Shown one piece after another: positions 43,038-55,465 of a stretch of DNA of 64,000 nt. Numbering within the stretch: position 1 is the first letter of the stretch; every line of letters begins with the position of its first letter. A program made the translations under genes and the position numbers. Origin of the DNA: Octopus sinensis (Eukaryota); assembly GCF_006345805.1 (NCBI RefSeq), contig NC_043018.1:24862001-24926000 (forward strand), given 5' to 3'. The notes under the pieces were generated by a model. That model was not told the DNA's origin and made no database searches. It worked only from the letters and a program-made list of their open reading frames with translations.

Positions 43038-44272
43038 GCGTCACAGAATCTGTTGTTGTCTGAGATGACCTTTCAATGCTCGGCTCTTCCATTAGTGCTT
43101 GCCGTAATCAAAGTCATAGATGCACCATGCTGCATCACAGATGCAGCAGAAAAGGTCAGTCTTTGTCCAGCACCAAGAAAATTGCACTGATTCATTATTC
43201 TCACTCTCTCTCTCTCTCCAGCTTTCTTCCTTCCTCTCTCTTTGTTCCTCTGTTTTTCTTCCTCTCTTTCTGCTTCTTTCTTTCTCTCTCTCTCTCTCTC
43301 TGTATCTCTGTTTTTCTTCCTTTCTCTCTCTCCCTCTCTCTATCTACAGCTCTTTTCTTTCTCTCTTTCTCTCTCTCTCCAACTCTCTCTCTGCATCTCT
43401 GTTTTTCTTCCTCTCTCTCTCTCCATCACCCTTCCTCCCTTCTTCTCTCTGAGAGGGTAAAATCTTTTTAAAGGATGCTCTCCAAGAGTCTCCAAGAGTG
43501 CAATCTGTTAATCTAATGGTAAAACAAAAAAGGTAAGAAAGCTTAGGTGGTGGTGGTGGTGGTGGTAGCGGAAGTGGTCATGGAGGGTTAGTATAGAGAT
43601 GGAAGGTTAGAGGTATGGCAGAGAGAGAGAGAGACACACACACACACACACACACACACGAACTGATGGTGTGATGGGAAATGGAGGGTTGTTGGGGGTG
43701 GGGTCTACAGAAAAGGTATGCAGATGGGGTCAGGAGGGGGAGGCAGTCTGTGTTTTTATAGGCATGCGTGGAGTGCGTATGTGTATAGTTACAGGATTGT
43801 GTGTATGTGTACATGTGTAAGTCTGAGGAGTAACCTCTTGCCCCCCACCACTACACACCCATCCATCCATAAACGCCACTTGAAATCAACAAGGAATTGT
43901 TGGCCTTTTGAAAAACAAAGCCATTTGTTAAAACAACAACTACTGCTACCCCCATCACCACCACTGCCACCACCACCACCACCACCATCATGACCATGAG
44001 CAGAAAGATTACTGATACTAGCAGCCTTCACAATAGCTAAACCACATTCAAATCACAATTCTACTTGCCTTAGGAAAGGAAGGACTATATTGGATAATGT
44101 GGTCTTGTGTTACCCTGGGTTGGTCATGACTGGAACGCCTTTGGTCTTAACTCAATCAGAACTGACCATATGACTAAACCCTCACCAAGTCCTCAACTAG
44201 TAACCAACTACCCCTCCTCTGAAATTTCAGGCATTGCACCTATATTAGAAAAGATCGTTAATATTCTTATTA

Positions 44273-45320
44273 AGGCGGCAAGCTGGCAGAATCATTAGCA
44301 CACTGGATGACATGCTTAGTGGTATATCTTCTGCCGCTACATTCTGAGTTCAAATTCCACCGAGGTCGACTTTGCCTTTCATCCTTTCGGGGTCGATAAA
44401 TTAAGTACCAGTTACGCACTGGGGTCAATGTAATCAACTTAATACCTATGTCTGTCCTTGTTTGTCCCCTCTATATTTAGCCCCTTGTGGGTAATAAAGA
44501 AATAGGTATATCTTCTGCCGCGACATTCTGAGTTCAAATTCCACTGAGGTCGGCTCTGCCTGTCATCTCTTCGGGGTCAATAAATTAAGTACTAGTTACG
44601 TACTGGGGTCAATCTGATTGACTGCCCCCCTCCCCCGAAATTTCAGGCCTTGTGCTTATAATAGAAAGGAATATTATTATTATTATTATCATCATCATTA
44701 TTATTATCATTATTATCATCATCATTATTATCATTATTATTATTATTATTATTATTACTGTTGTTGTTCAAATTCCATTGAGGTCAACTGTGTCTTTCAT
44801 CCTTTCAGAGTCAATAAATTAAGTACCAGTTGAGTACTGGGAGGGGGGGGGGGTCGATGTAATCGACAAGTCTCCTCCCCTAAAAATTCAGGCGTCGTGC
44901 CTTTAGTAGAAAAGACCACCATCATCATCATCAAGGCAGTGAACTGGTAGAATGGTTAGCACATCAGACAAAATATTTTGCATTTCAGCCATCTGGAATG
45001 TTCTGAGTTCAAATTCCACTGAGGTTGACTTAGCTTTCATCCATCTTTATGAGGGTCAATGAAATAACTGCCAGTTGAGCACTGGGGTCGACATAACTGA
45101 CTTACCCCACCCCTAAAACTTCAGACTTTGTGCCTATAGAAAGGATCATCACCATCATCATCATTATTATTATTATTATCATCATTATTATTGTTAGCAT
45201 TCTGCCAGTGGCATTTTGTCCATCTTTACGTTCTAAGTTCAAACTCCACCAAGGTCAACTTAGCCTTTCATCCTTTGGGGGGAATAAAATAAGTACCAGT
45301 TGAACACTGGGGTTGATGTA
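44273..45320 (+). mobile_element. Array of about 6 full or partial family A SINEs
   Basis: Same head, box B and body motifs with (TTA)/(ATC) tails. Confidence 0.82.
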
Positions 45321-45331
45321 GTCGACTTAGT

Positions 45332-45530
45332 TCTGTTCTGTTTTCTGCAGGTGCTCCACCCTTATTGCAACCCCTATTTGTTCCACGTATTTCTCAAGAT
45401 TTTTGCTCACTGTTCCCAGGGCTCCAGCAGTTACTGGTACTACTAGTAACTACAATTGCATAACTACAATTGCATAACCTCCCAAGCTAACCTGTCATAT
45501 CTATCGACTTTTCTTTCTTCCTTATTTTTT
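45332..45530 (-). mobile_element. Degraded RLE-type LINE C-terminal fragment
   Basis: Minus strand reads KEERKVDRYDRLAWEVMQL* ... VVPVTAGALGTVSKNLEKYVEQIG, with a stop and a frameshift. Confidence 0.65.
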
Positions 45531-45552
45531 ATATAATAATAATAATTCGTTA

Positions 45553-45705
45553 GATTCACTTCAACATTTAAATTTAATTTGTCAAAATATTTTCGTCACT
45601 TTGAGCACGGAATTTTGTCAGTGAACAGTTTTGTCAGTGAACAGGTCACGGTCACAAAGCGACGAAAATATTTTGACAAATTAAATTTAAATGTTGAAGT
45701 GAATC
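45553..45705. repeat. 51-bp inverted repeat (1 mismatch) around a 51-nt loop with an internal direct repeat
   Basis: gattcacttcaac...tcactttg / caaagcga...gttgaagtgaatc; the loop has ttttgtcagtgaacag twice. Confidence 0.88.
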
Positions 45706-46499
45706 ACAGGTTTTGTGTGTTTCTTAAATGGCTTATAAACACCTTCCACGCTGCAATTGTTTTCGTTCCAGCACACGATCTCAGATCAGGTCACTTGCTA
45801 TGCAAGTATATTTCCATAATATAATAATAATAATAATTATTATTATTATTATTATTATTATTATTTGGCCTTGTGATATCCTCCTCATCTGATGCCCATG
45901 TAACAAATAAAAGAAAGCATCATTATTATTATTTTTAGTAAAATTATAATTTTTATTATCATTATTGGGCAGTGTGTAATGTTTGTTAGCAGCAGTAGCA
46001 GTTGTATTCATCAATCACTCATCTTCACTCACACCTCACACTCAATGTTGCATGGTTGAGTAACTAGAGAAAGACAAAGAGATGTAGTAACAAGGAAGGT
46101 GGAGGGGGGAAGGAAGGAAAGATGGAAGGACTCTCCCCTCCTCTCTGTCACTCTTCAGGCAAGAACACAAAAAGATGTAGTAAAGGGCAGAGTGGGTGAT
46201 ATAAAGGAACAAATACAAGAGCAGGAGGGGGGAGAAAGTGGGGCCAGTGAGTGGGGGCCAAATGTCTGACTGCTATTACTTACTGCTCTGTTGGAACCCC
46301 TTTCAAAGAGATGAAAGGTGTGGGTGGATGGGTTGGGGGCTGGGTGCCGTGGGGGGTAGGGACCCTCCTGTGTCTAAGAATTAACAACCTTTGATACATT
46401 AAACCCACCATTAAAACAGAATAACAACTTACTGCTCCCTCTTTGCCTCACACACACACATAATAAAACACACTCACTAGACTGAACATAAACAAAATT

Positions 46500-46538
<39 letters not shown>

Positions 46539-46792
46539 TAACTGCTCATACATACATGCACATAAACACACATATAAGCACACTTGCATGTATGCACACA
46601 ATCATAAAAACAACTATACATACAAACACACCACATCGCACCACATACATATATGTGCAACTGTATGCACATATACATAATCACACACACACACATATAT
46701 ATATATACATACATTTACACACCACATATCTACATAACATACATACACATACACTACATGCACATATATATATATACACATACACTACATGC

Positions 46793-46832
<40 letters not shown>

Positions 46833-46901
46833 CACATAGCGATTTTGACGTCTATATCTAGCATATTGACTGTCCACTTTTAGTGGTCAGTCCTTTAATT
46901 T

Positions 46902-46949
<48 letters not shown>

Positions 46950-47202
46950 CACATACACATACACACTACACTGCATACTTAAACACACATACATCCACAC
47001 ATACACGCATACACACACACCTGCAAAGTTCAACAGGCAATGGACACACCATCTTCTTTCCCTACATCAACGTGTGTGTGTGTGTGTGCGTGCATATGTA
47101 TGTGAGTGTCAGAGCAAACTCATGCGTTTCTGTATGTGTGATTACATGTATGGGTGTGTGTGTGTGTGTGTGTGTTTGCAATATCAGTATGTATCTAAGT
47201 CT

Positions 47203-47580
47203 GGGAGCTGGCAGGGTCGTTAGCACGCTGGGCAAAATGCTTTGTGGCATTTCGTCTGTCATTATGTTCTAGGTTCAAATTCTGCCGAGGTCAACTTTGC
47301 CTTCCATCTTTTTCAGGGTCAATAAAAACAGGTACCGGTTGTGCACTGGGGTTGATGTAATTGACTTTGCCACTCCCCCTCAGATTGCTGGCTTTGTGCC
47401 AAAATTTGAAATCATTATTATTATTCTATTAATATAATAATTTTGCACGGTGGACAGAATGCTTAGCTGCATTTCGTCCATCTTTACGATCTGAGTTCAA
47501 ATTCCACCGAGGTCAACTTTACCTTTCATCATTTTGGGGGCAATCAAATAAGCACCAGCTGCACACTGGGGTTTACGTAA
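47203..47580 (+). mobile_element. Two family A SINEs in tandem
   Basis: gggagctggcagggtcgttagcacg... plus a second, truncated copy after a (TTA) tail. Confidence 0.75.
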
Positions 47581-47763
47581 TCAATTTAACCCCCCACCCC
47601 CACCCACAAACATAATTCCTGTTGCTTTGTTTGTTGTTTGCAGGGGGGGCGGAGGGGCATATAGAGTCAAGGCTGTGCCCCAGCATGGTCACAGTCCAAT
47701 GATTGAAACGAGTAAAGGGAAACAGCTCAGGGTGCATGTGTATGAAGTAAATGTTGTACTTAC

Positions 47764-47859
47764 CCACTGAGGAAACTGAATCCATGAACACAGACAAGGA
47801 TGTAACCGAAACTGTCCACTTTCAACAGGTTCCCATAGAGTGTATCGAACCACAATCCT
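47764..47859 (-). CDS. NT5C2: Next internal coding exon of NT5C2, 96 nt, phase 2 to phase 2
   Basis: Acceptor ...gtattgcag, donor GG|GTAAGT (acttac 47758-47763). Joins the upstream exon in frame to give (R)[31 protein letters not shown](G), matching human [32 protein letters not shown]. Confidence 0.95.
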
Positions 47860-48019
47860 CTGCAATACCATCAAACAAATGGTTTAGTGAAACATCAGAA
47901 ATATATTATAAGCATAAAACACACACAGAGGGCCAGATTAAGAGCCATGGAGGCCCTAAACACTTAAAAAGAAATTTTGGTGTCCCCATACATATGTAAT
48001 TTAAAATATAAACAATAAA

Positions 48020-48352
48020 CGGCCACAGTCAGATGGTGCTTTTTACGTGACACCGGCACAAGGGCCAGGCGAGGCTGGCAACGGCCATCTGATTGTGGCC
48101 ATTGCCAGCCTCGCCTGGCCCCCGTGCTGGTGGCATGTAAAAAGCAACATCCGACTGTGGCCGTTTGCCAGCCCCGTCTGGCACGTAAAAAGCACCCACT
48201 ACACTCACGGAGTGGTTGGCGTTAGGAAGGGCATCCAGCCGTAGAAACATTGCCAGATCAGACTGGGCCTAGTGCAGCCTTCTGGCTTCCCAGACCCCAG
48301 TTGAACCGTCCAACCCATGCTAGCATGGAAAGCAGACGCTAAACGATGATGA
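48020..48352 (+). mobile_element. Interspersed SINE-like repeat (family C) ending in (GAT)n; other copies near 4380-4680, 10180-10440, 18680-19110, 20060-20440, 21280-21410, 50705-50850, 53420-53665, 56290-56500
   Basis: Recurrent motif ggcacgtaaaaagcacc...ggttggcgttaggaagggcatccagc...aacccatgctagcatggaaagc...gatgatga in both orientations. Confidence 0.75.
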
Positions 48353-48899
48353 ACAGGGTAAAGACTTCCTTTGGTCATGAATGACAAAGGGGCTGCAATT
48401 AGAAAGTTCCCTTCTGAGACACAAGTCCATAAAAGGTTATTTATGGAATACCAACATACCAGCATGATTTGCAGATTTAGAAATAATAATGTTTCTATTT
48501 ATTTGAGGAAGATTTTAACTGCTATTTCTTGCAAATCACGAGACTGTTTAAAGCAGGAGGTAAAGAACCATTTAAATTCTAGGGATGAATAGCAAGTGCA
48601 TGAGAACTTGCAGTGCAACTGCACCAGAAAAATTAACAAATCTTTTATTTTACAAATTCATAGGTATGCTTGCAATTTCACTAACTAACATTAATTATAG
48701 AAATAGAGTAATTAACTAAGTAATTACAATACTTTAAAGACTCTGTACGGGATGTTGAAACCAATTTATATTCAAGTAGTTTTTGAGTTTTTATCTGAAG
48801 CTGAAGGATTCAACCTGTTTTTTTTAAATTTTTTAAATTTTTATTTTTCTACCCAGGCAGCCCAGGTTCGATTCCCAGTATGGGGACATTGACTTATAG

Positions 48900-49250
48900 G
48901 CAGGGGCATGGCTGTGTGGTAAGAAGCTTTAGGTTTAGTCCCACTACATGGCACATTAAACAAGTGTCAACAGCTCTTGTTTTGGGCCGACCAAAGCCGT
49001 GTGAGTGGATTTGGTAGACGGAAACTAAAAGAAGCCCCTTGTATGTGTGTGTCTTTGTATCGGCGTTTGTCCCCACAACTGACAGACAACCGGTGTTGGT
49101 GTGTTTACGTCCCTGTAACTTAGCAGCTCAGCAAAAGAGACCAACAGAATAAGTACCAGGTTTTAAAAAAATAAGTACTGGGGCTGATTCCTTTGACTAA
49201 AAGATTCTTCCAGGTGGTGCCCCAGCATGGCCGCAGTCTAATGGATGATA
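48900..49250 (+). mobile_element. Family B SINE in the intron between the two NT5C2 exons
   Basis: ggctgtgtggtaagaagc...gagtggatttggtagacggaaac...ccagcatggccgcagtc. Confidence 0.8.
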
Positions 49251-49449
49251 TTAGTAAGAGACAGAAGACAAAAAATATGAGTAAGAAGCTTAACATTTGA
49301 ATGAAGATAAAATTTTGCCTGCAAATGAGGGGGTCCCTGCCTCTAACAAAGAAGCCCCCCCCCCATTGGGTTTTAAAGTGACAATTCTATGTTGAATAAG
49401 AGAAGTTAGACCAATCTTTAAGGACCAGCATTCAACCTCAGTCCCTCTA

Positions 49450-49992
49450 GTTTTACACTGAAGAGTGACAGTTACCTACTTGTGCCCCTGGATAAGATAA
49501 CAGTCTATCATATGTCTAAAGAGTGAAGTTAGTCCTTTCATACAAGACTACTATTCTAACCCAACTTCCTGTTATTTTTCCACTGAAGCGAGACAAATAT
49601 CTCCTCTTGCCCCTGGATAAGATAACAGTCTGTCATACATGTTTAAGGAGTGAAGTTAATCCTTTCCTACAAGACTAGTACTTTAGTCTAACTTCTTGTT
49701 GTTTTTCTGTTGAAGTGAGACATATCTCCTCTTGCCCCTGGAAAAACAACAGTCTCTCATACATATCTAAGTAGTACAGTTAATCCTTTCCTATAAGATC
49801 AGCATTTAGCCCCACTTACTGTTATTTTTCCAGTGAAGCAAAACAAATATCTCTTCTGCCACTGGATAAGACAATAAATAGTTAAGGAGCAAAGTTAATC
49901 CTTTCCTATAAGACTAATATTTTAGCCTAACTTCCTGTCATTTTTTTTTCTGTTGAAGTGAGACAAATATCTCCTGGATAAGACAACAGCCT
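49450..49992. repeat. Diverged ~125-bp tandem repeat, about 4.3 copies
   Basis: gcc(c/a)ctgg anchors at 49484, 49609, 49734 and 49858, and a partial copy at 49973. Confidence 0.85.
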
Positions 49993-50085
49993 ATGAACAC
50001 ATGGAAGAAGTGAAAATAGAAACCAAACCAAAACATTACAGATATATATAAAGAAAAACACTGAGGGAGTGTATTGAGAACTTAC

Positions 50086-50203
50086 CTTATTGGGAAGGTG
50101 TGGTCGTACTCAAAGTCCTCAATAGCATTAGGGTAACCCATGAGAATCATTTTCTTTTTGATGAGGTCAAAACCAAGGGCCTCGAAATTGGGAGATTTGT
50201 AAA
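50086..50203 (-). CDS. NT5C2: Internal coding exon of cytosolic purine 5'-nucleotidase (cN-II), 118 nt, phase 1 to phase 2
   Basis: Minus strand shows a long pyrimidine tract + cag acceptor (ct at 50204-50205 on +) and an AG|GTAAGT donor (acttac 50080-50085). Only one frame is open: (V)YKSPNFEALGFDLIKKKMILMGYPNAIEDFEYDHTFPI(R). This aligns by eye with human NT5C2 [40 protein letters not shown]. Confidence 0.93.
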
Positions 50204-50309
50204 CTGTGATAAAGAGAAGAAAAAAAGAAAAGGTTTAGTCATTTTATTTTATTTTGTTAATGTATTTTTGACTGCCTTGTTTCATATATCTTTTAAAGTT
50301 GTCTTTTAT

Positions 50310-50685
50310 TTGTTTCAGTCATTGGACTGTGGCCATGATGGGGCACTGCCTTGAAGAACTTGTCAAATGAATCAATGCCAGTACATGTTTTTTTTCAAGC
50401 CTGGTACTTTTTCTATCGGTGTCTTTTGTCAAACCACTAAGTTATGGCAATGCAAACACACCAACATCAGTTGTCAAGCAATGGTGGGGAGACAAACAGA
50501 GACACACATACACACACAAATATATACATACAACAGCCTTCTTTCAGTTTCCATCTATCCAATCCACTCATGAGGGTTTGGCTGGCCTGAGAATATAGTG
50601 GAATACAATTGCCCAAGGTGCCACACAGTGGGACTGAACCCAGGACCATGTGGTTGAGAAGCAAGCTTCTTACCACACAGCCCCA
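50310..50685 (-). mobile_element. Family B SINE, minus orientation, about 105 nt from the acceptor of the 118-nt exon
   Basis: ttgtttcagtcattggactgtggccatg...cccaaggtgccacacagtgggactgaacc...ttaccacacagcc. Confidence 0.8.
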
Positions 50686-50948
50686 TCTGCATATATATAT
50701 ATATATACATCATCATTCAGCATCTGCTTTCTATGCTGGCATGGGTTAGATGGTTCCACTGGAAATGGTAAGCTGGAGAGCTGCACCAAGTTCCAGTCTG
50801 GTTTGGCATAATTTCCACAGCTGGATTCCCTTTCTAAAACCAACCACTGCAGTATATAGTTAATCCAAACAAGAAAACACAAAAAAACACAACAACGTGA
50901 GGACGTGGAACAAATATAGTATTATTGGACGCTCAGGAAAGAAGGAGG

Positions 50949-50983
50949 GTTTAACGTTTCAAGCGGAGCTCTTCGTCAGAAAC
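50949..50983 (-). ncRNA. Minimal type I hammerhead motif in a Penelope-like remnant
   Basis: Minus strand: gttt CTGACGA agagctccgctt GAAAC GTTA aac. Core intact. The same element family recurs on + at 59500-59680. Confidence 0.55.
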
Positions 50984-51504
50984 ATAGGAGAAGGAAAGAT
51001 CCAGAGAAGGGAAGACAGAGGAAAAAAAATCGCCAACGGTACACACATGGTCACATATATATGTACATTATACATACAATGTGCTTCCATACAGTATCTG
51101 TATAGCAAATTCACTCACAAGGTTTGCCCAGGGTTATAGCAGAAGATCCTTGCCCCTCTACCCCCCACCCGGTGCTGTAGTGGGATTGAACATGAAGCTA
51201 CATAGTTGCAAAGCAAGCTTTTTAACTACACAACTGCATTGTGCATGTGTATTTGTAGGTATACTGTATGAATGTGTGTGTGTGCAGCTATGCTGTGTGA
51301 GTGTGTGTGTGTGTAGGAATGTTCTGTGTATTCATGTGTTTGTAGGCATGTTCTATGTGTGTGTGTGTGCTTGTAGATACAGATGAGTATGTGCATTAGT
51401 TTATGTAGGTATGCACTATGTGTGCACTGCAAGGGTCTGTTTGTCTTTCTCTCTCTCTCTCTCTGTCTTTCTATTCCTATCACTATCTCTTAGTCACCCC
51501 TCTC

Positions 51505-51535
<31 letters not shown>

Positions 51536-52699
51536 GTCATTCTGTTCCTATCACCATCTCTTAGTCACCCCCTCTCTCTCTACTCCCTTACCATTGTCTC
51601 TGTCTCTCTGCTTCCATAACACTTCCCCTCCTATCACCACCACTCCCTCCCTCCCTCTCCTGTTAGCCCCACCACCACCACCACCACTCCTTCAGACACA
51701 GATCTGATAATCAACAATACATAAAAACAGTAGGCAGAGGAGGAGGAGGTGCAGGAGAGAGGTGGAGGTACTGTCCAAATGATGTTGGTGGTGGTGTATG
51801 AGACAATGCAGAAGTGTGTGTGCTGAGGCGTGGGGGGGGGCGAATGTGGGTGGAGGAAAGGAGATATGAGAAGTGGGGATGGGGGAGAGGTGTTGGTCAG
51901 AGGGTGGTGGTGATGGGGAGTTCTGAAGTTAATGACAGGCAGTAATCATCAATGTGACCCTTGGTTGAAGGTGAGATAAAGATGGCAGCAGGTGGAGGTG
52001 GGTTGGGGTTGATGGAGGAGGAATACAGAGGTGTAGTGCCTATGTACTATTTGGTGGTGGTGGTGGTGGCAGGGGCTGTAGTGATGGGGGTGATGATGAT
52101 GATGACAGTGTTGTTGGGGATGTGTTAAAGATGGTGTTGTTATTGTTGATGGTGTGGTGGTGGTGGTGGTCATGGCTGGTTGATGGAGTTTTGTGTTGGT
52201 GTTCTCGATGGGGGGGGGCTCGCATGAAGGTGGTGTTAATATTCTGGTAAAATCGTTAGCACAGTCTTTACATTATGAGTTCAAATTACACCGGGGACGA
52301 CTTTGCCCTTCATCCTGTTGGAGTTGATAAAATAAGTACGGGTGGGGGGTGTCGATGTAATCGATTTAACCCCCCCCGCCCCGCTGGCCTTGTGCCAAAA
52401 TTTAAAATCATCATCATCATCATTATTATTAAGGTGGTGAGCTGGCAGAATTGTTACGTTCTGAGTTCAAATTCTGCCGAGATTGACTTTGCCTTTCACT
52501 GGTACTTAATTTATCGACCCCGAAAGGATGAAAGGCCTTGTGATGGTAGTGGTGTTGGTGGTGACAATGATAGCATATTGGTATTGTTGTTGTTGTTGGT
52601 GGTGGTGGTGTTAAGAGAATTGAGGGCAAAGTGATGTGGTTAATGGTTATGATGGTAAAATGATGGTAGTGGCACTGGTATCTTGGTATTTCTGGTCTC

Positions 52700-52950
52700 A
52701 TCTCATCTCATCTTCTTCGCCCACCTATACTCAAGAGGATTGTGTGGAGGGTTGGGGGGGGAGTGTCTTCAAGCATGCCTTCCGTCAGGCCCTATGAGAA
52801 GTACCCATCTCCAAACTGATCCAGCTGAATCACCAAGTGAGACAAGCTGAGTTCATGGATGGTATCCAACCATCTTGCTTGTGGTCTAGCCTTAGGTCTC
52901 CTACAAGTTGGTTTTGCTCATAAAACCTGTCCAGTGATTCCTCAAAAAGG
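52700..52950 (-). mobile_element. Degraded RTE-type LINE 3' end with (GATGA)n tail
   Basis: Minus strand reads QVL*AKPTCRRPKARPQARWLDT, similar to the RTE RPRGRPRxRW motif. Confidence 0.6.
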
Positions 52951-52964
52951 TCTCAGGAGTGACA

Positions 52965-53240
52965 CTGCTCAAAGTGTGTAGTTTGGAGACCAGAGAGACA
53001 CTCCAGATGGAGCTGCTGTTTCTCTGAATTGAGAGGTCATGGTTCTGATACCACAGATATGTAGTAAGAATGTCCTAAGAAATAAATGTGACCAGATCTC
53101 AAACAACAACATCTGAGAACAATGCCAAGCAGCAGCAGCAGCTGACCATTGAAGACCAAGTCTAGCAGCACAGGCTACAATGGTTTGACCACATCTACAA
53201 GATGAGCAACGGAAGACTACAACACCAACATCTGTGGTGG
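52965..53240 (+). mobile_element. Degraded RTE-type LINE ORF2 fragment
   Basis: TIEDQV*QHRLQWFDHIYKMSNGRL resembles the RTE RLRWFGHVxRM motif. Confidence 0.6.
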
Positions 53241-53939
53241 CAGTGACCCTTGCACTGGAGAATCCAGTGCAGTGCACCACAGAAGACATGGGAAAAACAA
53301 CCTGAAGTCACAGTGCTTTGACCTCAAGCACGCTAAGGTCAGCATTTTGGAGTGGAAAGTGTGGAATAACCTCATCCAGCAACACCCACAGTTATGTACT
53401 GGTGGAGAGGACAGCCTCCCCCTACAGTTGCCGTGGCACGTAAAAAGCACCAACCGATTGTAGCCGTTGCCAGCCTACCCTGGCACATAAAAAGTACCAC
53501 CTACACTCACGGAGTGGTTGGCGTTAGGAAGGGAATCCAGCTGTAGAAACACTGCCAGATCAGACTGGGCCTGGTGCAGCCTCCTGGCTTCCCAGACCCC
53601 AGTTGAACCGCCCAACCCATGCTAGCATGGAAAGCGGATGTTAAACGATGATGATGATGATGAATAGCCAGAACACCATTAATACCAGCAATTAAATGTT
53701 TGGCCCTAGGTCAGACCAAAGGTTGAGCAGCTCTATGGACAAAGACAATCCAGTCAATGACCATACCATCATTTTGTATTTTTACATCAGGAATAATGTA
53801 TCTTGGGTTACACTACCCAACATGTTCTTTTGCTTTTCTTTAGGATGATTGTGTGCAATGAGGAACATTTGGTTGCTATTTCATGCAGACTGAAAGAGTA
53901 CACAGGTGCTCCCTAGCAGCAGCAGAAGTAGAGGTATAT

Positions 53940-53978
<39 letters not shown>

Positions 53979-55290
53979 ATAGTGGTGGTGGGGGTGGTAG
54001 TAGTAGCAGTAGTAGTTGTAGTAGTCAAGGTGGTGGTGGTTATAGTTGTATTTGTAATGGTAGTGGGTGGTGGGGTTGTGAAGGTAGTGGTGATGGTGGT
54101 GCTGCTGCTGTTGGCGTTTGTGGTGGTTATGGTTGTAGTAGTAGTAGTGATGATACAACAAGTAAAAGTAGTAGTAGTAGTAGTAGTAATTGTGGTGGTG
54201 CTAAGTAGAATAGAATAATGTTCTGGAAAGATCTAATCAGTCCATTTTTCTGCAATCTTGGGTCAGGCAAATCATTCGAAGGGGATGGTGGTGGTGGTGG
54301 TGGTGGTGGTGGTGGTGGGCCGATGAAACACAGGATTTCATTAGAGCAAAATTATTCACACCTCATTGCTTGCCCTCTTCATCCTTTCCCACCTCCATTC
54401 CCCCCACCCGATCCCTTCCCTGGTCCTCCCACCCCCACCCCTATAGTTCCCCCCCTTCTTTGAATTCCTTCCCAAGTTCCACCTTCATTATTCCCTAGCC
54501 TAGCTCTCCCTTCTTTGTTCTCCTTGTTCCCTTACTCTCTCATTATCCCTTGCCTCTCCTTCCCCTTCCTTGCTCTCTATCTCTCCTTTCCTTTCCTTCC
54601 CCTTACTCTCTTCCCTCTTGCTCTCCTTCTCTCCGTTGCTTTTCTTCCCACCCTTACTCCCTTTCTCTCGTCCCTTACAAGGGAGTTTTTCTTATGTTTT
54701 TTTGCCCTCAGAGTCTTTGATTTTGGTTTGTTTTGTTTCTTGTAAAACCCAGGGGCAATTTTCATGGATGATCTTCTACAAAAAAATATACACTTAATTG
54801 CACACCCAGATTCATATACGTACAATATATAACAGTGTGAGCATTATACATACATGCACACACACACATATATATATATATGTGTGTGTGTGTGTATGTA
54901 TATATAATGCTCACACACACTCACTCGCACAGATAATCATAAGTGCATAAATGCATGTGAATTGTAGAAAGATTATGTATGTGAGAGTGTGTATGTGTAT
55001 GTATATATATATATATGGGGGGAAGGGTGTATATGTGTGGGGGGAAAGAGGTGTATATGTGTGTGTGTAATATCTGTGGCAAAATAACTGAAATAGACCA
55101 CTAAAACTATAGTCTGTGTGTATTTTATTAATAACTACATGAGTGCATGTGTGTGTGTGTGTGTATATATATATGCACACACACACACACACACACACAG
55201 AGAAAGCAGTGTTCCAGCATGGCCTTGATTTTGATGACAAAAACACACACTGAAAAATGTGTCTACCCATATCTAACTAAATACTATATA

Positions 55291-55331
<41 letters not shown>

Positions 55332-55434
55332 AATATATTTTGCAACTTGCACATTTGGCCTGGTACATTCCAACCCTAATCCTACCCCCCTACAATGATT
55401 TCCCTACAACCACCCATACATACATACACCACAA

Positions 55435-55465
<31 letters not shown>

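Noticed and set aside
45370-45420. VSKNLEKYVEQ resembling NT5C2 TVENLEKYVVKD
   Set aside because: Context (KEERKVDRYDRL...GALGTV) is an RLE LINE C-terminus with a stop and frameshift, and there are no splice sites.
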